DNA from: an uncultured Gammaproteobacteria bacterium
GTDB taxonomy: Bacteria > Pseudomonadota > Gammaproteobacteria > CAWCPV01
Length of the DNA stretch: 64,000 bases
NCBI GenBank assembly: GCA_963797555.1
Contig: CAWCPV010000014.1
Location: forward strand, 448,001 to 512,000
Direction: 5' to 3'
Shown here: in pieces, positions 22,674-36,532 of the stretch
Layout: each line of letters opens with the position of its first letter
Position numbering within the stretch: position 1 is the stretch's first letter
The notes under the pieces: generated by a model
Seen by the model: only the letters and a program-made list of their open reading frames with translations
Database searches by the model: none
Told to the model about the DNA's origin: nothing
Translations under genes and position numbers: made by a program

Positions 22674-23782
22674 GGCAGCGTCTGGACCTCAACGGACAGC
22701 ACGGCCGGAAGGTCCCGGACAATGGGAGCCCAGTTGTCGCCGGCATCGGCCGACAGGTAAACCTGCCCGCCGGTGGTGCCGAAATACACGCCAGACGAAT
22801 CGAGCGAGTCGACAGCCATCGCGTCGCGCAGCACGTTGACGTAGCAGTCGCGCTGCGGCAGACCCTTGGTGAGCGCCTCCCACTCGTTTCCGCCCGTCCG
22901 GCTGCGGTACACACGCAGCTTCCCTTCGGGCGGAAAGTGCTCGGAGTCGCTCTTGATCGGCACGACGTAGATGGTGTCCGGCTCGTGCGGGTGAACCTCG
23001 ATCGGGAAGCCGAAATCGCTCGGCAAGTTGCCGCTAACCTCGTGCCAGGATTCGCCGCCGTCGTCGCTGCGCATGACATCCCAGTGCAACTGCATGAACA
23101 GCACACGCGGGCGCGACCGGTGCATCGCGATGCGGTGAACGCAGTAGCCGACCTCGGCATTCGGATCGGGGAGGGATTGGGACTTCAGCCCCCGGTTGAT
23201 CGCTCGCCACGTCTTGCCGACATCGTCGGTCCGGAACGCACCGGCAGCCGAGATGGCGACGAAGATCCGTTCGGGATTGCTGGGGTCGAAAAGGATAGTG
23301 TGCAGGCACATGCCACCGGCGCCTGGCTGCCATTTGGCCCCTTGCTGCTCGCGCAGCCCGGGAAGTTCGTGCCACGTCTGCCCGCCGTCGGTGGAGCGGA
23401 ACAAGGCGGCGTCTTCCACCCCGGCGTATACCGTGTCCGGATCGGTGAGCGATGGTTCGAGATGCCAGACTCGCTTGAACTCCCAGGGGTGGGGCGTGCC
23501 GTCGTACCAGAGATGCGTGCCGGGGTCGCCTTCGTATACGAACTTGTTATCCACGGGCTCCCAAGTCTTGCCACCGTCGTTGGAGCGCTGGATGAGCTGC
23601 CCGAACCAGCCGCTGGACTGCGACGCATACAGCCGGTCGGGGTCGACGGGCGAACCCTTCAGGTGATAAATCTCCCAGCCGCCAAAGTGGGGGCCGCTGA
23701 CATCCCACCGTTCGCGCTTGCCGTCCGATGTCAGGACGAACGCGCCCTTCCGTGTACCGACCAGAACCCGCACTCCGCTCAT
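22670..23782 (-). CDS. BNR/Asp-box repeat (sialidase-like) beta-propeller protein
   Basis: Repeated SxDGGxTW boxes; [12 protein letters not shown] start; overlaps the MoaD-like gene (ATGA). Confidence 0.88.
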   Translation of the reverse strand: MSGVRVLVGTRKGAFVLTSDGKRERWDVSGPHFGGWEIYHLKGSPVDPDRLYASQSSGWFGQLIQRSNDGGKTWEPVDNKFVYEGDPGTHLWYDGTPHPWEFKRVWHLEPSLTDPDTVYAGVEDAALFRSTDGGQTWHELPGLREQQGAKWQPGAGGMCLHTILFDPSNPERIFVAISAAGAFRTDDVGKTWRAINRGLKSQSLPDPNAEVGYCVHRIAMHRSRPRVLFMQLHWDVMRSDDGGESWHEVSGNLPSDFGFPIEVHPHEPDTIYVVPIKSDSEHFPPEGKLRVYRSRTGGNEWEALTKGLPQRDCYVNVLRDAMAVDSLDSSGVYFGTTGGQVYLSADAGDNWAPIVRDLPAVLSVEVQTLP

Positions 23783-24256
23783 AACTTCCTCCTTTCCGAG
23801 TTCCGAGTTTCACGCCCATCTTCCCACGACGCTTTTCACGACCAGCGGCGGTACCTTCACCCGTCGAAGCCACACCAACGCCGCTCTGCGCCAGAGTTCA
23901 TCGGCCCGCCGAAGACGCAGCCGTGGGTGGGTCCGGTGGAACGAAGAGTGTACACCCGACAGGGGCATGAACTGAGCCACCCACCAGCGCACAGCAACAG
24001 CGACGTGTCCGCAGTCAGGCCGTCAGCCCCGATTCCTACGCGTTTTTCAACGGCTTGCCGGTGAGAGGCATTGCAGGAAGCGGTTGCGGTCGTGATCGTC
24101 GTGGTGGATCGGCTCCCGTGCGTCGTCTCCTTCGCCCGTCGACGCGCGTCTGTCGCGGCCTTCTCGCCCTGCCGCCTTCGGCCTTCCATGACTCGCCGGC
24201 AGACTCTACAATTGCTAGACTGCGACGAAAGACCCGCACCGCACCCGGAGGACTCG

Positions 24257-25318
24257 ATGATCAAGACCCGCGGCTATGCCGCCCACGATGCGACCTCGGC
24301 CCTGACGCCTTTCACCTTCGAGCGGCGCGAGCCTGGCCCACACGATGTCCACATCGAGATCCTTTATTGCGGCATCTGCCATACCGACCTGCATCAATCC
24401 CGCAATGATTGGAGCAATGCGCTTTACCCGATGGTGCCGGGCCATGAGATCGTCGGCCGGGTCACTAGGGTCGGCGACCATGTGACGAAATTCAAAGCCG
24501 GCGATTATGCCGGCGTCGGCTGCATGGTGGATTCCTGCCGCCGTTGTTCCGCCTGTAATGACGGTCTGGAGCAATATTGCGAGGAAGTCCCCACCTGGAC
24601 TTACAACGCCAAGGAACGCGGCAGCGACCAGTTGACCTTCGGCGGCTATTCCGAGCAGATCGTGGTCGAGGAACGTTTCGTGGTGAAGATCCCCGGCAGC
24701 CTCGATCTGAAGGCTGTCGCTCCGCTGTTCTGTGCCGGCATCACCACTTATTCTCCGCTGCGTCACTGGAAGGTCGGCAAAGGCCAGAAGGTCGGCGTGA
24801 TTGGGCTCGGTGGGCTCGGTCATATGGGCGTCAAATTCGCCAGGGCCCTCGGCGCCCATGTGGTGATGATCACCACCTCGCCCGAGAAGGGCAAGGATGC
24901 GATGCGCCTCGGCGCCGATGAGGTGCTGGTGTCGAAAGATCCGGCAGCGATGACCAAGCACGCCAGCAGCTTCGACTTCCTGCTAAACACCATTCCGAAC
25001 GGGCATGACCTTAACCCGTATGCCGCGCTGCTGAAACGCGATGGCACTATGGTTCTCGTCGGGGTGCTGACGGCGCTCGAGCCAGCGCTGCAGGGCGCCA
25101 GCCTGATCTTGGGTCGCCGTAGCATCGCCGGATCAGCGATCGGCGGTATGCCCGAGACTCAGGAGATGATCGATTTCTGCGCCGAACACAATATTGTCAG
25201 CGATGTCGAGATGATACCTATTCAATCCGTCAATAAAGCCTATGAAAGGTTGCTGAGAAACGATGTCAGATATCGCTTCGTCATCGACATGGCCTCCCTG
25301 AAACAGCTCGCCGCCTGA
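24257..25318 (+). CDS. Zn-dependent NAD(P)H alcohol dehydrogenase / aldehyde reductase (CAD/YahK-like)
   Basis: CGICHTD, GHEIVG, GCMVDSCRRCSAC, GLGGLGHM, VRYRFVID; RBS GGAGG. Confidence 0.92.
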   Translation: MIKTRGYAAHDATSALTPFTFERREPGPHDVHIEILYCGICHTDLHQSRNDWSNALYPMVPGHEIVGRVTRVGDHVTKFKAGDYAGVGCMVDSCRRCSACNDGLEQYCEEVPTWTYNAKERGSDQLTFGGYSEQIVVEERFVVKIPGSLDLKAVAPLFCAGITTYSPLRHWKVGKGQKVGVIGLGGLGHMGVKFARALGAHVVMITTSPEKGKDAMRLGADEVLVSKDPAAMTKHASSFDFLLNTIPNGHDLNPYAALLKRDGTMVLVGVLTALEPALQGASLILGRRSIAGSAIGGMPETQEMIDFCAEHNIVSDVEMIPIQSVNKAYERLLRNDVRYRFVIDMASLKQLAA

Positions 25319-25466
25319 TCGCTGCCGAAGATCCGGCGAGCGAATTGCTGTAGAGCGTTCAGCCCATCTCATTACACAACTTGAGGATACTCGTGTAGCA
25401 TCATGCGCCCCACGAACTTGTCATCCCCCAAGTAGATTTGTTGGCGTAGCCCCGCCCCCCTGTGTC

Positions 25467-26100
25467 CATCCCATTACACACAACTCAAAGGGGGCCTCAC
25501 GGGGCGTAGTGGAGTCCTGCGGCGAAGTCCATGACGCGCTGCAGCCCTTGCCAGAGGGTCTTCACGCCGGGCTCGCCGTCGGCCTTGCGCCCCAGGAAGC
25601 CACCGAGCCTGGCGATGAGGCGCACCACCTCGTTGAGGTGGGGTGGCTTCTTCGGTAAGCGTTTCTTGTTCAAGAGGAAGGCCGCCTGCCATTCGCTGCG
25701 ATCGAACAGAAGCTCCGCATCCAACTCCGGACAGGTGCGCCCCAGGCGCATGAGGCGGGCGATGAGCCAGGCGACCACCATGAATAGCGCCAACGCCCGT
25801 TCCAGGCATTCGAGGCTGCTGAGCTGCAGGGCCTCCACCCGGCAGACGTTCTTCAGCACGTGGAAGAAGAGGTTTATCTCCCAGCGGGCGCGATACCAGT
25901 CGATAAGATCCGCCGCCGCCTCGAAGCTGCCGGCCTCGCGGTTGGTCAACAGGCGCCATTCGATGGGTTTCACGCCCGCTGGCGCGCCCACTTCCCGGGC
26001 CACGATGCAGGTGGCCTCCAAACGCCCCCCTTGCCGCCGGAGAGCGCCACACGCCTTGCGTACACCTGCTGGCGGACTTCCCGCGCCTTCTGCCCGTTGC
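25467..26100 (-). mobile_element. Truncated, diverged IS4 (IS50-like) copy; 3' third of transposase and one IR
   Basis: IR CATCCCATTACACACAACTC at 25467; ORF 25497-26021 closely similar to the C-terminus of the intact transposases; similarity ends ~26100. Confidence 0.85.
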
Positions 26101-26104
26101 TTGA

Positions 26105-26596
26105 AGGGATTTCAGCTATGGAGTTATCGCTGCGAATGCGGCTTTGTCAGATGGTGTTGCTCTGTTCTACGCAACGCATGGCAACTTGGCGTCCACTGCC
26201 GACCCGGACACCACTGGGATCAGTGCTGCACTGGCGTTGGTGCGGGCGCAGACGGACGAGGCCGGCCGCTACCTGAGCTTGCCTGCCGCAGCGGTGCTTG
26301 TGACGCCAGTAAAGGAGGGGACCGCGCTGGCCGCGGTCACGTCCATGTGGGGGACCGACCCGGCGAGACCGAAGGTCGTTGCGGATGCCGGGCTGACCGC
26401 GGGGGACGCCTGGTATCTCGTCACCCTGCCGACCACCCGACCCAGCGTGCGTGTCATCACGCTTCGAGGCGCCGGACAGCCGACAGTCAACATGGGTAAG
26501 CTGCCAGGCTTCGACGGCGCGGCCGCGAAGATTCGGCATGATTGCACGGCCGTTGCGGTGGATTACCGCGGCTGCATCAAGACGCCGCTGTCATGA
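26105..26596 (+). pseudogene. C-terminal fragment of phage major capsid protein (Mu gpT / protease-capsid fusion-like)
   Basis: SYGVIAANAALSDGVALFYATHGNL and GFDG...KIRHDCTAVAVDYRGCIK match recalled capsid patterns (SDG..LFH..HGNL; K.R.D.....D.RG..K); starts at the IS4 junction. Confidence 0.7.
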
Positions 26597-27145
26597 GCCG
26601 CCGAACGTTGACCACCCGTCAGGCCACAGCCGCCGCCAGATCGTTCATGGCGTCGGGCGTGTGCCCGCGTGCTCGCGTGACGTTGCCGGCCATTTGCGCC
26701 GGGCGCCTGTCATGACAGCCGCGCTTACGGTGTGCGCCGAACGTCGCTTGGCCCTGGCTGCTCTGGTTGCGGGCGATGAGTTGTTGTACCACGAGATTAC
26801 ACCCGTCACCGAGCTACCGCCCGGCGCGGTCCCGTGTCCCGCACCGGCGCGCGTCCAATGAGCCGATACGTCTGTATGCCGCCGCGTCGAAGGACGGCTC
26901 AGGCCCGTCCGCGAGGTCACTCTGGACGAAGGGCGCGAGCTGGCAGCGGCCGACCACACCCTTGTGGTGTTGCCAAGGTCCGAGGCCATTCGCATCTGCA
27001 TGGGCGAGCCGCGGTCACAGGCCGGCGGCCGGATCGAGCGACCACGGCGCCAACGATAACCCACCGGCCGCAACCTGCGCTGGGAACCGCGGGTGCGGGA
27101 CAGCCGCCCGGTCGCCGGGCCACTCCCCCGGCGTGACGCGGCATC

Positions 27146-27172
27146 GCTCCCGGCTTCGGTCGGGGCTTTTTT
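27146..27172 (+). terminator. Intrinsic terminator with C(UUCG)G tetraloop
   Basis: GCTCCCGGC-TTCG-GTCGGGGC followed by T6. Confidence 0.7.
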
Positions 27173-27315
27173 GGGCACACACCGCTGCCTGACGCCCCAG
27201 GAAGTGCGCACCGGCGCGCACTAAGAGTCACCCGCTCTGCGGCGTTCGGGCCGTTCCCACAGCCACCCCGTCACCCCCCAGCGCCAGACCCGCAGAGAGT
27301 TGCTGCCGGCACCTT

Positions 27316-27888
27316 TTAGGGCAAAGTGTGCCGCACTCCAGTAGCTGGGTCGTATGCAGATACCTCCGAGCCTAGCGCCTCTGGCGTCTTTTCGAATACT
27401 GCGAGATTCTTGTAGCCCCGCCGGGCTGGTGACTCATAGAGCAACCCATCAATGCGTCCACACTTAGCACAGGCTTCACCGAGAACTTGTGTTTCTGCTG
27501 GGTTCCGTGGGCGCGGTGCTGTAGCATCTTCACCGAGCGACCGAAAGTTAAACTTGGGGACATCCGCGTCTACATCAAGGATCTGCTGAACACTCGGGTC
27601 GGTAAGATCAACCACTGCTTGAAGCTCCGCATCGATTGGCCAGAAAACCATGGGGTCTCTTCCCAAACCGAAGTATGTCTGAACCTCGGCGAGACACGTC
27701 TGTTCGTCCTGAGCCACGTACAGAACGCGGGCACCTTTTGCGAAGTTAAAACGTTGCGCTTCGATAGGCCGATTCTTGCCAAGTGGATCATCGCCGTGGG
27801 CTTTGCGCATGGCGCGCCAGAAAGTCCCAGACAGCGGCCGCGAATAGAGGCTGAGCACAGCCGCGTCGAGGCGATCCCCTTGATGCAC
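27316..27888 (-). CDS. RES domain toxin (NAD+ phosphorylase / ADP-ribosyltransferase-like)
   Basis: R (FWRA), RFN...RVLYVA.....CLAE (E), VVDLTD, ETQVLGE, DGLLYESPAR..NLAVF (S). Confidence 0.85.
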   Translation of the reverse strand: MHQGDRLDAAVLSLYSRPLSGTFWRAMRKAHGDDPLGKNRPIEAQRFNFAKGARVLYVAQDEQTCLAEVQTYFGLGRDPMVFWPIDAELQAVVDLTDPSVQQILDVDADVPKFNFRSLGEDATAPRPRNPAETQVLGEACAKCGRIDGLLYESPARRGYKNLAVFEKTPEALGSEVSAYDPATGVRHTLP

Positions 27889-27900
27889 GATGGGGTCAAG

Positions 27901-28485
27901 TCACGCCGCGAGACCACTCTCAATCTCAGCGAGGAGAGATTGGATGCGGCTGATCTCTCCCCCGAGAATAACCGTCTTTGGTGAAGCACCATCCAGTGCG
28001 CCAATAGGCGTGCTCAACCATTCGCGCGCAAGTTCCGGCTGGTTCTCCACAACTTCAAGCACCTGTTGAAACAACGCCCGTAGCGCAGCGAGTTTGCGCT
28101 CGTATTCATTGGATGCTTGGACACCGCCGACGAATTGAGCACCAAGATACGTGGCAATGTCGTCTGGTTCCCACCCGAGCGTGTCCGCTAAGCGTTCCGC
28201 AGTGTCACGAGCCTGGATCTCCGTTCCGTAATACGACCACCTCACAAGAGTCTTTGGCGATGCGCGTCGCAAGATCTCCTTTAGGCTGTCCTCTCCTGTT
28301 CCGGCTACCGGTTCAATGTCCTCCCATGGCGTTGACCCGCTGGGCTTGCCGCTTTTCGCGATCTCCGCAAAAAAACGCTCCAAGTCCCTTAAATCATCCA
28401 CGTTGGACCTTGCGGCCTGCGCCAGATTGTCTTCACTCGAACGACTGGGAGGCTGTGGCTTGATCGCTAGTTGAAGGACTGCCAT
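27901..28485 (-). CDS. MbcA/ParS/Xre-type (DUF2384) antitoxin with ~90-aa N-terminal extension
   Basis: C-terminal AREWLSTPIGALDGASPKTVI..GEISRIQSLLAEIESG; 12 nt upstream of the RES gene. Confidence 0.8.
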   Translation of the reverse strand: MAVLQLAIKPQPPSRSSEDNLAQAARSNVDDLRDLERFFAEIAKSGKPSGSTPWEDIEPVAGTGEDSLKEILRRASPKTLVRWSYYGTEIQARDTAERLADTLGWEPDDIATYLGAQFVGGVQASNEYERKLAALRALFQQVLEVVENQPELAREWLSTPIGALDGASPKTVILGGEISRIQSLLAEIESGLAA

Positions 28486-28904
28486 GCATCACCCTTTGAT
28501 AGCTGATAGCTTAGTTACGACATGTTTGAGGAACGAATCCGCAGTTTTCTGAATGTCTTCGGAGGCGCGAAGTAGAATATCCAAGTCGAAGCGGGATGTC
28601 TCCGGCGTGGCTTGAATCTCGTGGTCCACATTGAGATTTATAACCGCTGCGTCTGGCGCCCGCTCAGACCGCTCCAGCATTGCATTTAGCTGGCGATCAA
28701 CGCGTGGTTGGCCACTGATACTAAGGGGGTGCAGTGGATAGGTAATGGAGAGAGAACGGAACTGCGGCGCGATTCCATCAAACGACAGTGCAAACGCACT
28801 GTCAGCGAGTACAAATCCTAGACTGTGCGCCACATCCGCTAGACCAGTCGTGATCTCGAAGCGAGAGTTGAGCCCATACGATCCAACCGGAGTTTCTTTA
28901 AGCC

Positions 28905-30319
28905 CATCCCATTACACACAACTCAAAGGACTTGAGCCTCACGCGCGTAGTGCAGTCCTGCCGCGAAGTCCATGACGCGCGTGAGCCCTTGCCAGAGGGT
29001 TTTCACGCCGGGCTCGCCGTCGCCCTTGCGCCCCAGGAAGCCGCCGAGCCTGGCGATGAGATGCACCACTTGGTTCAGTCGGGGTGGCGTCTTCGGTGGG
29101 CGTTTCTTGTTCAGGAGGAAGGCTGCCTCCCACTCCTCGCGCTCGAACAACCACTCGGCCTCCAAGTCCGGACAGGTGCGCCCCAGGCGCATCAGCCGGG
29201 CGACGCGCCAGGCGACCACCATGAATAGCGCCAGCGCCCGTTCCAGGCGTTCCATGGTGCTGAGCTGCAACGCCTCCACGCGGCAGGCGTTCTTCAGCAC
29301 GTGGAAGAAGAGTTCAATCTCCCAGCGGGCGCGATACCAGTCGATGAGCTCGGCCGCCGCCTCCAAGCTGGCGGCCTCACGGTTGGTGAGCAGGCGCCAT
29401 TCGACGGGCTTCACGCCTGCTGGCGCGTCCACTTCCCGGGCCACGATGCAGGTGGCCTCCAACCGACCCCCCTTGCCGTCGGAGAGCTTCACACGCCTCG
29501 CCCACACCTGTTGGCAGACTTGCCGCGCTTTTTGTCCGTGGCGCGACGGCATCGTGAAGCGTATCCCGCCCAGGCATTCGCCTCGGGTCACCTCCTCCCA
29601 CAGCTTGCCGCCCTCGGGCAGCGCACGGTTGTGCCGGGAGCGGACCAACCAGTCGGCCGGCTGCCCCAGGTCGCGCGCTTTGGCCATCAGGGCTACGATG
29701 TCAGCCTCCCGGTCGGCTACATACACCAGGCGGGTCTGTGGAAGTTCGGACGCCAGCTCTGCCATGCGCTCATAGCCCTCCACCCAGCGGGTGCTTTCCA
29801 GAACACCTCCCCGAGGGCCTTCGGCGTCCTTCGGCTCGCGTGCCCACATCCACGCATCCAGCACGCCCAAGGGCTCGCGCGCGAGCGTCACGGCATACGT
29901 CGGATGCAGGTACATACCGCGTTGCGCCTCATAGCTCAACGGCCCCAGGCCAGCGATGTCCTGCCCGTTGAAGTCCACCTCCGTGGTGTCTTGGATGCAC
30001 AGCACGATTTCGTGCTCCCGCATCCGGGCCGCAGAACACTGCCAGTGCGGCTCCAGGATGTCCCGCCAGTCCATCTCGTCGTGGGCAAAAAACCGGTAAG
30101 CTCCCTGGGTCTCGGCCCAGCCCCCACACGCTCCGGGAATGCTCGCGCTCGGCTTCTCCGCCAGCCGCTCGGCAAGCAACACGGCCCGCTTGCCCAGCCG
30201 CTTGTCGCCCAAATCGATGCCCCTAAATTCCTCCGCCGCCCAGCTCATCCCGACACCCCATCTTGTGACGTTATGTCAGGATGTTACACGATTGTCATCA
30301 AGTTGTGTGTAATGGGATG
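28905..30319 (-). mobile_element. IS4 family (IS50-like) insertion sequence, copy 2, 1415 bp
   Basis: Same IRs as copy 1; 9-bp TSD CTTTAAGCC at 28896-28904 and 30320-30328. Confidence 0.95.
28923..30248 (-). CDS. IS4 family transposase
   Basis: Identical to 10636-11961 apart from one I/V change (WRIAR vs WRVAR). Confidence 0.95.
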   Translation of the reverse strand: MSWAAEEFRGIDLGDKRLGKRAVLLAERLAEKPSASIPGACGGWAETQGAYRFFAHDEMDWRDILEPHWQCSAARMREHEIVLCIQDTTEVDFNGQDIAGLGPLSYEAQRGMYLHPTYAVTLAREPLGVLDAWMWAREPKDAEGPRGGVLESTRWVEGYERMAELASELPQTRLVYVADREADIVALMAKARDLGQPADWLVRSRHNRALPEGGKLWEEVTRGECLGGIRFTMPSRHGQKARQVCQQVWARRVKLSDGKGGRLEATCIVAREVDAPAGVKPVEWRLLTNREAASLEAAAELIDWYRARWEIELFFHVLKNACRVEALQLSTMERLERALALFMVVAWRVARLMRLGRTCPDLEAEWLFEREEWEAAFLLNKKRPPKTPPRLNQVVHLIARLGGFLGRKGDGEPGVKTLWQGLTRVMDFAAGLHYAREAQVL

Positions 30320-30799
30320 CTTTAAGCCGGTTAAAAGTTTCCGCCGCGAGTTCGATAATTCGACCCCGTTGGCCACCATGTGCCGTTGTTAACTGCCACC
30401 TAGTTGGCATACACTGAACTTCGAAAGTTGAGGTCGCAAATTTTGCCAGTTGGGGTAACACAAGCACTTCGCGCTGTGTGGCTTCCTCCGCGTCGTCCGG
30501 TGCCAGTATTTCAGACAGGCGATACCACTGCGGGTGATGGATCGCGGGATTCATAGCTCCGACCACAACCACCGAGTACTGAGATACAGTTATTTGCGAG
30601 TCCATTTCGCGCACGTGTTGTGGCCTCCGCGCATCAACTTTCACCGCCTGCACAGGTGAGGGTAGCACGAAGTCGCGCAATCGCGCTGCCGATTCCTCCC
30701 TGGGACCCCGGCCTGGAGCGGGACACCAGGGAAGACCCGCCGCCTGAGGAGGCGCAGGAGACCACTTCTTGGTCGACCCCATAGGGAGCACCCCCCACC

Positions 30800-30880
30800 A
30801 TGGACCCCGCCATGTGCGCGCTGTGGCCGGCGCTGGTGGCGGTGCTGCTCGCTCTGAGCTTCTGCCATTTCATGGGCTGA
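30800..30880 (+). CDS. Candidate 26-aa hydrophobic peptide MDPAMCALWPALVAVLLALSFCHFMG
   Basis: AGGGAG upstream; single hydrophobic helix; downstream intrinsic terminator; below the ORF track cutoff. Confidence 0.4.
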   Translation: MDPAMCALWPALVAVLLALSFCHFMG

Positions 30881-30949
30881 AGGCTTCATAGGACGCCCCA
30901 GGCGCCGCGATCTCACCCTGACCTATAGGGGAGAGCACCGACCCCCCTG

Positions 30950-30971
30950 ACCCCGCTGTACGGGGTTTTTT
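30950..30971 (+). terminator. Intrinsic terminator
   Basis: ACCCCG-CTGTA-CGGGGT followed by T5. Confidence 0.65.
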
Positions 30972-31035
30972 GTGCCTGCCGGCACAACCGTAACGGCACC
31001 GTAGCGCGTTACGGGGTAACGGCCCGGTCGGCTGA

Positions 31036-31057
31036 TTGGTACCCTAGTTGGTACCCA
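31036..31057. repeat. TTGGTACCC direct repeat (12-bp period) just 3' of tRNA-Pro; possible integrase arm-type site
   Basis: TTGGTACCCTAGTTGGTACCC about 27 bp beyond the tRNA CCA end. Confidence 0.4.
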
Positions 31058-31082
31058 GAGCCTCCTCCGGTTTCGCTAAGTG

Positions 31083-31160
<78 letters not shown>

Positions 31161-31203
31161 AGGTGACGCGGCATTATACGGCACCGCCAGACGGCGGCCA
31201 AGG

Positions 31204-31560
31204 TCAACGGCGCAGCAGCACCAGCAGATCTTCCAGCTCCGCGCGTAGCTGCCGGACAATCTGTCGGCTCTGCTTGCCGTCCTCCCGGGCCTCACTGCCG
31301 GTCAGCTTCTGGCGCGCGCCGCTGATGGTAAACCCCTGATAATAGAGCAGATCCCGGATCTGTCGGACGACGATGACATCCTGTCGCTGGTAGTAGCGGC
31401 GGTTACCCCGCCGCTTCACGGGCTTGAGCTGGGTGAACTCTTGCTCCCAGTACCGTAGGACATGGGGTTTTACGGCACACAGCTCGCTGACCTCGCCGAT
31501 GGTGAAATAGCGTTTGGGCGGTATGGGGGGCAGCTCGTTATTCTTTTCTGCTTCCAGCAT
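31204..31560 (-). CDS. MerR family transcriptional regulator (ihfA-associated)
   Basis: [46 protein letters not shown]. Confidence 0.92.
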   Translation of the reverse strand: MLEAEKNNELPPIPPKRYFTIGEVSELCAVKPHVLRYWEQEFTQLKPVKRRGNRRYYQRQDVIVVRQIRDLLYYQGFTISGARQKLTGSEAREDGKQSRQIVRQLRAELEDLLVLLRR

Positions 31561-31830
31561 ATGCCTCGACCCTCGCACGCAGCTTCTGCCCCGGGCGGAA
31601 GGTCACCACGCGTCGCGCGCTGATGGGTATCTCCACCCCCGTCTTGGGGTTACGGCCGGGGCGCTGCCGTTTATCCCGCAGGTCAAATTTGCCGAAGCCT
31701 GAAACCTTGACGGACTCCCCGGCCTCGAGAGCGGCACGCAGTTCCTCAAAGAATACTTCCACGATCTCTTTCGCCTCACGCTTGCTGAGACCAACCTCTT
31801 CGTACAGACGCTCCGCCAGTGCTGCTTTGG

Positions 31831-31840
<10 letters not shown>
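31538..31840 (-). CDS. ihfA: Integration host factor alpha
   Basis: MALTKA...[42 protein letters not shown]. Confidence 0.96.
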
Positions 31841-35364
<3,524 letters not shown>

Positions 35365-35721
35365 TCAGGACAGGGCGGCCTTGGCCTTTTCGGCTACCTG
35401 CCCGAACGCCTCTCGATCAAACACCGCCAAGTCCGCCAACACCTTACGGTCGATCGCCACGGACGCCTTCTGCAAGCCGTCCATCAGGCGGCTGTAAGAC
35501 AGCCCGAACAGGCGCGCTGCGGCGTTGATGCGCACTATCCACAAAGCACGGAACTGCCGCTTGCGCTGCCGACGGTCACGATAGGCATACTGACCGGCCT
35601 TGATGACCGCCTGGTTGGCGACGCGGAAGACCTTCCGGCGCGCTCCATAATAGCCCTTGGCCTGATCGAGCACCTTCTTGTGCCTGGCGCGCGCCGTAAC
35701 ACCTCGTTTCACCCTAGGCAT
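35365..35721 (-). CDS. rplT: 50S ribosomal protein L20
   Basis: [16 protein letters not shown]...[23 protein letters not shown]. Confidence 0.97.
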   Translation of the reverse strand: MPRVKRGVTARARHKKVLDQAKGYYGARRKVFRVANQAVIKAGQYAYRDRRQRKRQFRALWIVRINAAARLFGLSYSRLMDGLQKASVAIDRKVLADLAVFDREAFGQVAEKAKAALS

Positions 35722-35798
35722 GTCGAATTACCTCCGAGACCGCCGTAGCCGGCGACCCACGTTCGTCTGCGGCCTCTGCAAAATCTCTGCAGAGGCCC

Positions 35799-35990
35799 TC
35801 AAGGCAAGAGGCGCCGCACCGCCCGTTCATCCGCCGCGTGGATTAGCGTCGTCACCCGCAACTGCCGCTTGCGTTTGCTGCTCTTCTTGGTGAGGATGTG
35901 ATTGTGGTGCGACTGCGCCCGCTTGTAATGCCCGCCCGCCGTACGCGCGAACCGCTTCGCGGCCCCTCGATTGGTCTTCAGCTTTGGCAT
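35799..35990 (-). CDS. rpmI: 50S ribosomal protein L35
   Basis: [14 protein letters not shown]...[15 protein letters not shown]. Confidence 0.96.
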   Translation of the reverse strand: MPKLKTNRGAAKRFARTAGGHYKRAQSHHNHILTKKSSKRKRQLRVTTLIHAADERAVRRLLP

Positions 35991-36010
35991 CCTAAGACTC
36001 CATAACGGTC

Positions 36011-36529
36011 CTACTTCTTCCTCGGGGACAGCACCATCACCATCTGGCGTCCTTCCATCTTCGGGAACTGCTCGACAGCCGCCAGCTCGGTTAGCTCTTC
36101 CTCGACCCGCTGCAGGAGCTTCCGCCCCAGCTCAGGATGGGCCATCTCCCGGCCGCGAAAACGCAGGGTGACCTTCACCTTGTCCCCGTCGGTGAGGAAT
36201 CGAACCATGTTGCGCAGCTTGATCCGATAATCGCCTTCGTCGGTCCCCGGGCGGAACTTCATCTCCTTCACCTGGATCTGTTTCTGCTTCCGCCTCGCCG
36301 CCTGTTGCTTCTTGCTCTGTTCGAACAAAAACTTACCATAATCCATTACCCGGCAGACTGGCGGATCCGCTTGCGGCGCAATCTCCACCAGATCCAATTC
36401 GGCGGTCTCCGCCGCACCCTGCGCCTCCTGTAAGGAGACTACCCCGACCTGCTGGCCGTCGGGCCCGATCAGCCGGACCTGCGGCGCAGTAATCTGCTCG
36501 TTGATGCGCGTATCTCTGTCGGCAGCGAT
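36011..36529 (-). CDS. infC: Translation initiation factor IF-3, non-canonical ATC start
   Basis: GAGGAGGG SD then ATC GCT GCC...[15 protein letters not shown]...[22 protein letters not shown]; non-AUG starts are established for infC. Confidence 0.93.
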   Translation of the reverse strand: MAADRDTRINEQITAPQVRLIGPDGQQVGVVSLQEAQGAAETAELDLVEIAPQADPPVCRVMDYGKFLFEQSKKQQAARRKQKQIQVKEMKFRPGTDEGDYRIKLRNMVRFLTDGDKVKVTLRFRGREMAHPELGRKLLQRVEEELTELAAVEQFPKMEGRQMVMVLSPRKK

Positions 36530-36532
36530 ACT

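Larger units (their letters stand above)
28489..30605 (-). pseudogene. Uncharacterised 230-aa protein (possibly TIGR04255-related), first gene of the RES operon; interrupted by IS4
   Basis: MDSQITVSQYSVVVVGAMNPAIHHPQWY...FNRLK|ETPVGSYGLN... in frame after removing the IS and one TSD (286+407=693 nt); stop 3 nt before the antitoxin ATG. Confidence 0.75.

Noticed and set aside
10618-30319. Composite transposon formed by the two IS4 copies
   Set aside because: Each copy has its own matched TSD inside a different gene, so they inserted independently.
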